Shown here: piece after piece, positions 25,163 to 34,191 of the stretch
How positions within the stretch are numbered: position 1 is the stretch's first letter
How the letters are laid out: every line of letters starts with the position of its first letter
Origin: a virus
DNA: 64,000 bases
Direction: 5' to 3' (one strand)
IMG/VR virus record: IMGVR_UViG_3300037467_001303
Location: 40,866 to 104,865 of that record
Made by a program: the position numbers and the translations under genes
The notes under the pieces: model-generated
The model's database searches: none
The model's input: only the letters and a program-made list of their open reading frames with translations
Told to the model about the DNA's origin: nothing

Positions 25163-26751
25163 GCTTGGCCCTCGGTCTTCTGCATGCGGTCGGTGAAGTC
25201 CTGCACGCTGCGGTAGAACACTGCGCCGCTCTCGACGCTGCGGTAGACCACCACTTCGGGCAGATCCCGGCTGGTGCCTGCACCCCTGGCGATCCCGGCC
25301 AGCTCGTAGTTCCCGCCCTTGCCGATGCAGGTGTAGAACTCGCCGGTGACGGTATTGAGCCGTCGGGCGATTTCCTCGGCATGGGCGCGTTCGCGCTCCA
25401 CCGAGCCGAAGTCGCCGCTGATTTCCAGCGACACGTCGTGCGTGAAGTCGTCGGACTGGATCACGATGCGGCCCTGGCCCCAGTCGTTGACCTGCCACGG
25501 ACCCTTTTCCGTGACTGTCACGGATTCGCGCTCCAGCGCTGCGCGCAGCTTCGGCAGCGCCTTCTCGGCTTCCTTGTACGCCTGGCCATCGTCGCCCTGC
25601 AGGATGTCGTCGAGCCGGTTGATCGCCACCCGCAGCGCGTCAATTCCCCCGAATTCGCGGGAATTGGCCAGCCCACTGCCGCCGCACGCCTTGCAGGTGT
25701 CGTCGCCACCAGGCGGCACCGGCGAAGTCTTGATGCCCTGGCCGACGCATTCCTTGCACCAGTCGCCCAGCATGGCCTGCGCTTCCGCATCGGCAGCAGC
25801 GTGGCCAGCTGGATCGGCGCGGCGCGAGGCGGCCTCGTAGATCGCGCCGTCGCCCGGGGCGTCTTCCTGATCGAGGCTGGCCAGAATCTTGCGGATGTCC
25901 TGGGCATAGACTTTTGCCACCGCATGGCTTACCCCGCCGAACTCGAACCGGCCGGCCAGGAATTCGAGCATGCCGCGCGCCGTCGTTGCCACAGGATCGT
26001 TGCAGCCGCAGTCGCAGTCCTTCCTGATCCTGGCCTCGGCCGCCGGACTGGCCGCCATCCGTTCGCGCAGCTCGATGCACTCCTGCGACTTCGCCGTAGC
26101 CCTGGCTTCGGCCCGGTCGGCGCGCAGCGTCTCGGCAGCAAGCCGGCGGTGCAGCGCGATGATCTCCTCGTCGGCCGTGATCGCGGTTCCCCAGCAGGTC
26201 CTGTTGATCTCGGCCTCGATCTCGGCATGGGTCCGCTCCGGGTAGGCCCGCACCATGTTGACGTGGAAGGCGGCGCGCAACTGGCGCAGCCTGGCCAGCA
26301 CCGCCTCGGACACGAACATCGGCGGCACCCGCTCGTCGATCAGCCCCGCCTCGACCAGCTCCTGGCGAACCATGTCCATGCAGTCGGCCATGCCCTGCAG
26401 CGCCAGGCGCTCCGTATCGACCTCCGGGCGGTCCAGCAGCCGCGCGAAGGAGCGGTCAAACGCTTCCAGTTCGTGCTGCCAGTACGCGGCCGAATCGTGG
26501 TTGCGCCGTTCCGTCTCGGCGTTGATGCACTCCGTGATCGCGTCCCGCCATGCCGAGCGGTGCGTCGTGAAGTTCGCCGGGATGTACTGCTGCGCCGGAT
26601 CGCCGGCGCGGGCCTGCTCCACCAGCGGCTTGAGCGCGGCACGCGCGTCCGCCGGCAGGATCTGCTCCCACTCGTCGTAGTAGTGCACCAGTTGCCGGTC
26701 GCGGCTCATGCCCCCGCCAGCGCCTTGTTCTGTTTCTTTTTGGATATCCAT
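25159..26751 (-). CDS. Mosaic multidomain protein with C-terminal DUF1653-like segment
   Basis: Long ORF with typical codon bias; CKEC/CKAC; KGGNY...VVVYRS....FYR....F at the C-terminus; alternative start 26709. Confidence 0.7.
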   Translation of the reverse strand: MDIQKETEQGAGGGMSRDRQLVHYYDEWEQILPADARAALKPLVEQARAGDPAQQYIPANFTTHRSAWRDAITECINAETERRNHDSAAYWQHELEAFDRSFARLLDRPEVDTERLALQGMADCMDMVRQELVEAGLIDERVPPMFVSEAVLARLRQLRAAFHVNMVRAYPERTHAEIEAEINRTCWGTAITADEEIIALHRRLAAETLRADRAEARATAKSQECIELRERMAASPAAEARIRKDCDCGCNDPVATTARGMLEFLAGRFEFGGVSHAVAKVYAQDIRKILASLDQEDAPGDGAIYEAASRRADPAGHAAADAEAQAMLGDWCKECVGQGIKTSPVPPGGDDTCKACGGSGLANSREFGGIDALRVAINRLDDILQGDDGQAYKEAEKALPKLRAALERESVTVTEKGPWQVNDWGQGRIVIQSDDFTHDVSLEISGDFGSVERERAHAEEIARRLNTVTGEFYTCIGKGGNYELAGIARGAGTSRDLPEVVVYRSVESGAVFYRSVQDFTDRMQKTEGQA

Positions 26752-26757
26752 CACGCC

Positions 26758-26787
26758 AGTTTCTCGCGTGCTGTTACCACCTGTCAA
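26758..26787 (-). promoter_or_regulatory. Probable promoter of leftward operon 2
   Basis: Perfect TTGACA (26787-26782), 18-bp spacer, GAAACT; ATG follows after 6 nt. Confidence 0.45.
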
Positions 26788-26804
26788 GAGTTCGGAGACC
26801 TCCC

Positions 26805-27068
26805 ATGAAGAAGTTCGTCACTCCTGTCGCAGTACCGGAACAGGTCCCCAGCATGAAGGCGCCGCCGGCCCCGCCGAAAGCGGCCCAGCCGCCGCGCGTG
26901 CCGGCGCCGAACCCCGACGTGCCGTCGCCGATGGCGCGCCCGCCGGTGGCCAAGACCAGCCGCCAGGTCCCGAGCGTGCCGACCGGCCGCGGCGTGGTGC
27001 GCACCGACACCCATAACCAGGCCAACCAGATCCCGCATCACGCCAAGCACAAGGGCCGGGGTGTGTGA
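26805..27068 (+). CDS. Pro-rich basic hypothetical protein
   Basis: GGAG RBS. Confidence 0.6.
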   Translation: MKKFVTPVAVPEQVPSMKAPPAPPKAAQPPRVPAPNPDVPSPMARPPVAKTSRQVPSVPTGRGVVRTDTHNQANQIPHHAKHKGRGV

Positions 27069-27196
27069 TGGCGACCGGCGCGTTCCCTCCCGCGCCGTTC
27101 CAGCCATCCCCCGACTTCGTGGCCTGGCTCGACAGCCTGCCGCCCAGCTCGCTACCACCGCAACCGCTGCCGATTCCCGAGGATTCCGATGAGTGA
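27068..27196 (+). CDS. Small Pro-rich protein (42 aa)
   Basis: TGATG coupling; manual translation MATGAFPPAPFQPSPDFVAWLDSL... Confidence 0.45.
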   Translation: MATGAFPPAPFQPSPDFVAWLDSLPPSSLPPQPLPIPEDSDE

Positions 27197-29648
27197 CGAC
27201 CGTACCATCCCGCGCTATTCGACCCGCCTGTGGTCGGAAGAGGTCGGGATGGCCGATCCCGGCGCGAATTTCGACGCCCCGCCGGTGCTCGGCTACAGCT
27301 TCGGCGGCCGCACGCTCACCACCGATGTCAACACGACCCTGTACGCCCCGATCCCGCCGATGCAGCCGGTGGTCGAGGCGGCCACGCGCCAGACCCAGAT
27401 CGCCCAGGCCGTGGCCGAGGTCGTGATCCAGGCGCCGGAGTCGATCGTCACCAGCCAGTTCCAGTCCGTGCAGGCGGTCCTCGCCGCCGTCACCCCGCCG
27501 GCCCTGCTCGACGTGGCCACCGGCCAGGCCCAGTCCAGCCGCGCGATCGCGCCGGTCGACGGCACCCGCCCGCTGGCAGTGGCCAGCGCCACCACCCGCC
27601 AGGGCCAGCGCACCGTCGGCTACGCCAGCGCCGCCGCCGCCAGCGATCCGCCGCAGACCGGCACGCCGATCGACATGGGCGCCCAGATCACCACGCTCAA
27701 GCTGGAAAACACCACCACCAGCGCCGTCACCAACCAGGCCTTCGCGCTCGGCCACGTGTTTGCCCTCGGGAACCTGCCGGCGGCCGGCGCCGGTATCGCC
27801 CTGCAGCTGCCCGACGGCAGCAGCATCGCCTCCCAGCTCAACGTCAAGGCGCTGCACGCGGACGGTTCGGTGCGCCACGCCGTCATCAGCGGCGTGCTGC
27901 CCAGCCTGGGCGCGTCGGCCTCGCAGACGCTGTCGATCCGGCGCGCGCCCGCCGCCGCCAGCGCACCCGCCATCGGCCTGCCGGCCACGCTGCCAAACGT
28001 GTCCATCACGATCAGCGGCGCGGTCTACACCGCCAGCGCACAGGGCGCCACCTACAGCACCTGGTTCGCCGGCCCGATCTGCTCCGACTACATCTTCAAC
28101 GTGCCGTTCGTGGGCGCCGCCGGCCCGCACCCGACCCTGACCGCGCAATTCTCGGTACGCGTGTTCAACACCGGCACCACCCGCGTCGACGCGGTCGTCG
28201 AGCACTGCAAGGCCTACGCCTCGACCACCGACATCACCTACGACGTGACCGTCAGCGCCGGCGGCACGACCTACTACAGCAAGACCGGCCTGATCCATAC
28301 CCCAGCGGCGCGCTGGAAGCGCACCTTCTGGATCGGCACCGCGCCAAAGCTGCACATCCGCCACGACACCGCCTACCTGATCGCCTCCAGGGCCGTGCCG
28401 AACTACGACCAGCGCATCAGGATCTCCGAATCCCTGCTGGCCGGCTACGCGACCGCGCTGGGCAACGGCAAGTTCGTGCCGATGGGCACCGGCAGCCTGC
28501 TGCCGGCGATGGAAACCACCGGCGGGCGCGCCGACATCGGCATCATGCCGGACACCCACGTCGCCCTGATCCTGTCGATGGACAAGCGCGCCAAGGACAT
28601 CGCCCTGGGCAACGCCGACGCCGGCGGCACCTGGCCGGCCTGCCGCCGCGACGACAGCACCGGGCCGGGCGCCGGCTATCCGCTGTCGGTCCTGAACTTC
28701 CCGTATGCCACGGTCCTGGGCGGCGGCAGCGACGGCATCAACCCGACCACCGGCAAGAACGAGCACCTGCCTGCGCTCTCCACCGTCACCCAGGCGCACT
28801 GGGATTCGTCGCACCAGCCGGGCGTGTTCTACCTGCCGTACCTGCTGACGGCGGACCTGTACTACCTCGAAGGCCTGCACTTCTGGTGCGCCGCGAACAT
28901 CTACCAGTCCAACCCGTACTACCGCAACAAGGCGCAGGGCCTGATCTCGCCGGACCAGGTGCGCGGCCAGGGCTGGAACATCCGCTCGCTGGCCGAGTGC
29001 GCCTACGTGACGCCGGACGACCACCCGCTGAAGTCCCACTTCGACTACTGGATCGGCACGAACTTCGCCTGGTACAACCAGAAATACACCGACGGCAACG
29101 ACAACGTGCTGGGCATCATCACCGGCAGCGCGTTCGCCTACAACAACGGGCGCGGCATGGCGCCGTGGCAGGACGACTTCTTCACCCAGGCCCTGAGGCA
29201 CGCCGTCGAGCTGCTCGACAACAGCGCCGCCAAGCGCCTCTTGATGTGGAAGGCGAAGTTCCAGGTCTCGCGCATCGTCGGCGAGGGCACCTGCATCATG
29301 GACGCCGCCAACTACGACCTGAACGCCCGCGACAGCTCCACGTCGCCGTACTACACCACCATCGGCCAGTGCATGGCGGCGACCATCCCGGCCACCATGA
29401 GCCAGTATCCGTGCAACTCGCCGCAGCGCCTGGCCACCGCCAGCTCGCCGAACCTGCTGCCCGGCGACATCGACGGCTACCCGGACTCGACCCAGGGCTA
29501 TCCGGCCAACATGCAGCCGGCGCTGGCCGCCGCGGTCGACATCGGCTACCCGCAGGCCGACATCGCCTGGGCCATGTTCGACGCGCGGCCCACGAAACCG
29601 GACTACTCGACCGGCCCGCAGTTCGCCATCGTGCCGCGCCCGCGCTAG
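27189..29648 (+). CDS. Fibre-like protein: TxQ(G/A)Q repeats fused to a glycan-lyase-like (PcRGLX/YetA-like) body
   Basis: ATGQAQ/ATTRQGQ repeats; FALGHVF..G...HADGSVRHA barrel-like start; aromatic helical C-terminus SHQP...YLPYLLT...QVRGQGW...APWQDDF. Confidence 0.6.
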   Translation: MSDDRTIPRYSTRLWSEEVGMADPGANFDAPPVLGYSFGGRTLTTDVNTTLYAPIPPMQPVVEAATRQTQIAQAVAEVVIQAPESIVTSQFQSVQAVLAAVTPPALLDVATGQAQSSRAIAPVDGTRPLAVASATTRQGQRTVGYASAAAASDPPQTGTPIDMGAQITTLKLENTTTSAVTNQAFALGHVFALGNLPAAGAGIALQLPDGSSIASQLNVKALHADGSVRHAVISGVLPSLGASASQTLSIRRAPAAASAPAIGLPATLPNVSITISGAVYTASAQGATYSTWFAGPICSDYIFNVPFVGAAGPHPTLTAQFSVRVFNTGTTRVDAVVEHCKAYASTTDITYDVTVSAGGTTYYSKTGLIHTPAARWKRTFWIGTAPKLHIRHDTAYLIASRAVPNYDQRIRISESLLAGYATALGNGKFVPMGTGSLLPAMETTGGRADIGIMPDTHVALILSMDKRAKDIALGNADAGGTWPACRRDDSTGPGAGYPLSVLNFPYATVLGGGSDGINPTTGKNEHLPALSTVTQAHWDSSHQPGVFYLPYLLTADLYYLEGLHFWCAANIYQSNPYYRNKAQGLISPDQVRGQGWNIRSLAECAYVTPDDHPLKSHFDYWIGTNFAWYNQKYTDGNDNVLGIITGSAFAYNNGRGMAPWQDDFFTQALRHAVELLDNSAAKRLLMWKAKFQVSRIVGEGTCIMDAANYDLNARDSSTSPYYTTIGQCMAATIPATMSQYPCNSPQRLATASSPNLLPGDIDGYPDSTQGYPANMQPALAAAVDIGYPQADIAWAMFDARPTKPDYSTGPQFAIVPRPR

Positions 29649-29652
29649 GACC

Positions 29653-29802
29653 ATGGACCAGACCAGCCTGTCCTACCGCGACTACCAGGCCCTGCCCGAG
29701 TCGATCCGCGCCCTGTATTCGTTCGAGCAGTACCTGTGGCTGTCGGACGCCGAGAAATCCCGCCTGGTCCAGCTCGAATGCGAGCCGGACAGCTACGACT
29801 GA
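29653..29802 (+). CDS. Hypothetical protein (49 aa)
   Basis: Manual translation MDQTSLSYRDYQALPESIRALYSFEQYLWLSDAEK...; AGGA RBS. Confidence 0.7.
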   Translation: MDQTSLSYRDYQALPESIRALYSFEQYLWLSDAEKSRLVQLECEPDSYD

Positions 29803-29819
29803 CCACGAAGGACCCACAC

Positions 29820-30176
29820 ATGAGCAAAATCCTCGTCGGCCTGGATGACGACGCCGACCCGACCTGCGCCAACGACATGCTGCTGGCCAAGGAGATCGCC
29901 GACACCCTGCACAGCCACTACCACGGCCACCTGTGGGGCGTGCAGGTCAGCGGCAGGACCGGCATGGCCGACATCTTCCTGGTGCTGGTGTCGGGGAACA
30001 TGGGTTTCAGGCTGAAACTCAAGAACATGTTCTCGGCCTCGGACTTCAAGAAGGACGTGATCCGCGCCGGCGGCGAGATCCTGGAGCGCTACAACCTGAC
30101 CCGCGGCCGCTTCGACGAGGCCCAGTTCGCCCAGCTCAAGACCAACTTCGCCGGCGACTACCTGTATCACCGCTAA
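29820..30176 (+). CDS. Hypothetical protein preceding the portal
   Basis: AAGGA RBS; LHSHYHGHLW...RAGGEILERY. Confidence 0.75.
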   Translation: MSKILVGLDDDADPTCANDMLLAKEIADTLHSHYHGHLWGVQVSGRTGMADIFLVLVSGNMGFRLKLKNMFSASDFKKDVIRAGGEILERYNLTRGRFDEAQFAQLKTNFAGDYLYHR

Positions 30177-30192
30177 CACCCAAGGCCCCGAC

Positions 30193-33100
30193 ATGGACGA
30201 CCAGACCCCAACCCCGAATCCGACCGACTGGGTCGGCCTGGCGCGTGACGCCTACAGTGCGTCCTCGAACTGGTTCGACAGTTCCGTGCGCGCGCAGGTC
30301 GAGGGAGACCTGCGCCAGTTCCAGGGCCAGCACCCGACCGGCAGTAAATACCTGGCCGAGGCCAACAAGGGCAGGTCGAAACTGTTCCGGCCCAAGACCC
30401 GCACCACGATCAGGAAAAACGAGGCCGCCGCAGCACAGGCCTTCTTCGCCTCCAACGATGTCGTCACCGTCACCGCCGAGGATGCCGACAGCGCCGAGCA
30501 CGAGGCCGCCGCCGCCGTCATGGGCGAGCTGCTGCAGTACCGCCTGACCAAGTCCATTCCGTGGTTCCTGACCCTGGTCGGCGCCTACCAGGACGCCCAG
30601 ACCGTGGGCGTGGTGGCCAGCTACCAGTATTGGGAATACAACGAGGCCAAGGGCATCGACCGCCCCGCGATCCGCCTGATCCCGGTCGAGAACCTGCGCC
30701 TGGACCCCGGCGCCGACTGGACCGACCCAATCAACACCAGCCCTTACGTGATCGAGCTGATCCCGATGTACGTCAAGGACGTGAAGGCGCGCATGCGCAA
30801 CGTCGATCCCAAGACCGGCGAGCCGAAGTGGAACCAGCTGCCGGAAGCGACCATCATGGGCGCCACCAAGACCTACGGCGACACCATCCGCCTGCAGCGC
30901 GAGGCACCGCGCCCGGACAGCAAGTACCAGCAGCAGGCCAACAACAATTACTCGGTGGTCTGGGTCCACAAGAACATCGTCGAGGTCGAGGGCGTCGACT
31001 ACTGCTACTACACGCTGGGCTGCGAACACCTGCTGTCCGACCCGGTGCCGCTGAAGGACATGTATTTCCACGGCCGCCGCCCGTACGCCATGGGCTGCGC
31101 CGTGCTCGAAGCGCACAAGCTCTATCCGTCGTCGGTGCCGCGCCTGACCCGCGACGTGCAGGCCGAGATCAACGAAGTGGCCAACCAGCGCATCGACAAC
31201 GTCAAGCTGGCCATGAACAAGCGGTACTTTGCGCGCCGCAATAAACAGGTCGACCTGCGCAGCGTGACCCGGAACGTGCCCGGCTCGGTGACGCTGGTGC
31301 AGGACATCGACGACGTGAAGGTCGTCGAGTTCAACGACGTGACCGGCTCCAGCTACAAGGAACAGGAAGTCCTGAACCTGGACTTCGACGACGTGGCCGG
31401 CACCTTCTCCGGCTCGTCGGTCCAGTCCAACAGGAAGCTGAACGAGACGGTGGGCGGCATGCAGATGCTCGACGCCGGCGCCAACCAGGTCTCCGGCTAC
31501 CAGCTGCGCACCTTCGTCGAAACCTGGGTCGAGCCGGTGCTGCGCCAGCTGGTGCTGCTGGAGCAGTATTACGAGACCGACGACACGGTGCTGGCCCTGT
31601 GCGGCAAGAGCGCGCAGCTGTTCGAGCGCTTCGGCATCGACCAGATCACCGACGAAGCCCTGATGGGCGAACTGACCCTGAACGTCAACGTCGGCATGGG
31701 CGCCGTCAACCCGGCCGACCAGGTGCGCCAGTTCGTCGACGCCATGAACGCGCTGGGCAACATGCTGGCCAACGGTTCGCTGGTGAACCTGGGCCTGAAC
31801 ATCGAAGAGGTCGTCAAGGAGCTGTTCGGCAAGCTCGGCTACAAGAACGGCGCGCGCTTCTTCAAGATGGACGGCACCGACCCGATGGTCAAGCAGCTGC
31901 AGCAGCAGATCGAGCAGCTGAACCAGCAGCTGGCGCAGAAGGCCGACCCGGCCCTGATCGCGGCCCAGATCCGCAGGATCGACGCCGAAGTCGCCAGCAT
32001 GGCCGTCAAGGACCGGGTCGCCACCGCCGACGCCGTGAAAAAGGGTTCGGAGGCGCAGTTCTCGGCCATGCAGACCGCCGAGGTGATCGCCGCGGTGCCG
32101 GACGTGGCGCCGATCGCCGACGAACTGATGAAGGCCGCCGGCTACCGCCCGCCGACGCCTGGCGGCGTCGACCCGAACTTCCCGATGCCGGGCGCACCCG
32201 CCGCCGGCCTCGGGCTGGAAGCGGTCAAGAACCGCCGCACCGGGGTCGGCTTCATGCCCGGTGGCGGATCGACCACCCTGAATCCCCTGCCGTCGATGCC
32301 CCCGACGGCAGGGACGGGAGCACACGCCGGCATCGAGACCACCCGCCCGGATTCGCTTGGCGCCAACCTGATCGCCCAGGCCGCCTACGCCAACGGCGGC
32401 CTGCTGCCGTCCTACGCCGCCGACGAGCGCGCCGACCAGATGGACCGGATGCGGATCGAGGCCGACAACGCGCGCCTCTACCGCGCCGAGCTGGGCGGCA
32501 GGGTCCCGGACCCGATCTCGAACCAGTTGAACGGTTTTACCAGCGACACCAACGAGGACCTGACCGGCCGCTCGCGCCTGCCGTACCCGCAAGGTGAGGG
32601 TTATGCCGACGGCGGCCTGGTCGACGCGCCCAATCCATTGCAACAGGCCTGGAACGGTGGCGTGGCGGCGCTGAGCAGCAGCGCCCGCCAGGTCGCCAGC
32701 CTGCCGGGCCGCGCCCTGGACCGCTACGACCAGCTCTCGAACGCCTACCCGAAGACCAAGCTGGCACTCGATGTGCTGCCGGGCACGAACGTCGCCACCT
32801 CGGCGCTGGACGTGGCCAGCGACCTGCACAAGGGCGACATCGCGGCCGCCGCCGGTGACGCGATCGGCCTGCTGCCGGGCTACAAGCTGCTCAAGGCACC
32901 GATGCACACGCCAATCCAGCGCGGCCTGGCCAAGCTGTCCAGGAACGCCCCGACGCTCGACACCGCGATCAACGCCATCCCGGAATACGCCCAGAAGGTC
33001 TACGGCCAGCAGCAGCCGCCAGGCTACGCCGACGGTGGCCTGATCCAGGGTCCGGGCACCGGCACCTCCGACTCGATCCCGGCCACCATCGACGGCCAGC

Positions 33101-33342
33101 AGCCGGCCCAGGTCTCGGACGGCGAGTACCTCGTCCCGGCCAACGTGGTCCAGGCCATCGGACAGGACTTCTTCGAGCACCTGGTGCAGCAGCTGCACAC
33201 CCCGGTCCCGGGCGAACCCGGCCCGGTGGCCGATGTCGACCCGGTCGGCATGAACGGCGGCGACTTCGTGGTCCCCGCCGATGTCGTCGCCCAGCTGGGC
33301 CGCGACTACTTCGACAAACTCGTCCAGGACTACGGCGCATGA
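30193..33342 (+). CDS. Portal protein with long C-terminal extension
   Basis: SKLFRPKTR, QAEINEVANQRIDNVKL, LNETVGGM, LRTFVETWVEPVLRQLV; sits upstream of scaffold and capsid. Confidence 0.88.
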   Translation: MDDQTPTPNPTDWVGLARDAYSASSNWFDSSVRAQVEGDLRQFQGQHPTGSKYLAEANKGRSKLFRPKTRTTIRKNEAAAAQAFFASNDVVTVTAEDADSAEHEAAAAVMGELLQYRLTKSIPWFLTLVGAYQDAQTVGVVASYQYWEYNEAKGIDRPAIRLIPVENLRLDPGADWTDPINTSPYVIELIPMYVKDVKARMRNVDPKTGEPKWNQLPEATIMGATKTYGDTIRLQREAPRPDSKYQQQANNNYSVVWVHKNIVEVEGVDYCYYTLGCEHLLSDPVPLKDMYFHGRRPYAMGCAVLEAHKLYPSSVPRLTRDVQAEINEVANQRIDNVKLAMNKRYFARRNKQVDLRSVTRNVPGSVTLVQDIDDVKVVEFNDVTGSSYKEQEVLNLDFDDVAGTFSGSSVQSNRKLNETVGGMQMLDAGANQVSGYQLRTFVETWVEPVLRQLVLLEQYYETDDTVLALCGKSAQLFERFGIDQITDEALMGELTLNVNVGMGAVNPADQVRQFVDAMNALGNMLANGSLVNLGLNIEEVVKELFGKLGYKNGARFFKMDGTDPMVKQLQQQIEQLNQQLAQKADPALIAAQIRRIDAEVASMAVKDRVATADAVKKGSEAQFSAMQTAEVIAAVPDVAPIADELMKAAGYRPPTPGGVDPNFPMPGAPAAGLGLEAVKNRRTGVGFMPGGGSTTLNPLPSMPPTAGTGAHAGIETTRPDSLGANLIAQAAYANGGLLPSYAADERADQMDRMRIEADNARLYRAELGGRVPDPISNQLNGFTSDTNEDLTGRSRLPYPQGEGYADGGLVDAPNPLQQAWNGGVAALSSSARQVASLPGRALDRYDQLSNAYPKTKLALDVLPGTNVATSALDVASDLHKGDIAAAAGDAIGLLPGYKLLKAPMHTPIQRGLAKLSRNAPTLDTAINAIPEYAQKVYGQQQPPGYADGGLIQGPGTGTSDSIPATIDGQQPAQVSDGEYLVPANVVQAIGQDFFEHLVQQLHTPVPGEPGPVADVDPVGMNGGDFVVPADVVAQLGRDYFDKLVQDYGA

Positions 33343-33647
33343 GCATCGAGATCGACTTTTCCCGCTTCCCCCCGGAAGTGCGCGAGCAACTGAAAACGGT
33401 GCAGTTCGGCCTGGACGTGGCCGCTTTCGCCGAGACCGCCGTCGGCCAGTACCTGATCGGCCGCGCCGAGCAGGAGAGGGAAGCCGCGCTGGAGGCGATG
33501 GCCTACGGCAGCGCCAGCGACATCGACCGCATGCGCGAGCTGCAGCTGGTGGTGCGCCGCGCCGACAGCTTCGCCCAGTGGCTGGCCGACGCCCAGATCG
33601 CCGGCGAAGCGGCCGCCACCGAACTGCAACAACGCGAAGGAGAGTAA
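33339..33647 (+). CDS. Hypothetical portal-adjacent helical protein
   Basis: ATGA coupling to the portal. Confidence 0.75.
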   Translation: MSIEIDFSRFPPEVREQLKTVQFGLDVAAFAETAVGQYLIGRAEQEREAALEAMAYGSASDIDRMRELQLVVRRADSFAQWLADAQIAGEAAATELQQREGE

Positions 33648-33916
33648 TGGATACCGCAATGCTCGACGAACTGCTGGAAGGCGACGAAGCGATGCTGCTC
33701 GATCCGCGCGAGGTGTTCGACGCCTGCGTGATCGGCATCGCCGAGCGCATCAACCTGCGCGTGGCCGCCTACGACGTGGACAAGGTGCTGCAGGCGCTGA
33801 TGGACCACCACGGCATGGACGAGGACGACGCCCAGGAATACTTCGACTTCAACATCGCCGGCAGCTGGGTCGGCGAGGGTTCCCCGGTGTTCATCTACCC
33901 GTTCGGTGACGAATGA
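33647..33916 (+). CDS. Conserved phage hypothetical protein
   Basis: FDACVIG...AYD..K....L...GM..DDA.EYFDFNIAGSWVGE..PVF. Confidence 0.8.
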   Translation: MDTAMLDELLEGDEAMLLDPREVFDACVIGIAERINLRVAAYDVDKVLQALMDHHGMDEDDAQEYFDFNIAGSWVGEGSPVFIYPFGDE

Positions 33917-34191
33917 CGGACGGCCGCAAGAACGATGCCGGCAAGCTGCGCTACGAGCTGCTGCCGATGGCGCCGGTCGACGCGATCGTCGATGTGCTGA
34001 CCTTCGGCGCCGCGAAATACGACGACGACAACTGGCGCCGCGTACCCGACGCCGAGAACCGCTACTACGCCGCCGCCATGCGCCACCTGTCGGCCTGGCG
34101 CCAGGGCGAGAACATCGACCCGGAATCGGGCCGCTCGCATTTGGCCCACGCGGCATGCTGCCTGGTGTTCCTGATGGAGCTGCACGAATGA
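33913..34191 (+). CDS. dATP/dGTP diphosphohydrolase domain protein (DUF5664-type)
   Basis: GRKNDAGKLRYELLP...VLTFGAAKY..DNWR...AAMRHL.AW..GE..DPESG.SHLAHA.C. Confidence 0.85.
   Translation: MTDGRKNDAGKLRYELLPMAPVDAIVDVLTFGAAKYDDDNWRRVPDAENRYYAAAMRHLSAWRQGENIDPESGRSHLAHAACCLVFLMELHE

Noticed and set aside
26784-33753. Long minus-strand ORFs of 956 and 1205 aa, and similar ones elsewhere
   Set aside because: High-GC shadow ORFs opposite well-supported genes (fibre-like protein, portal).
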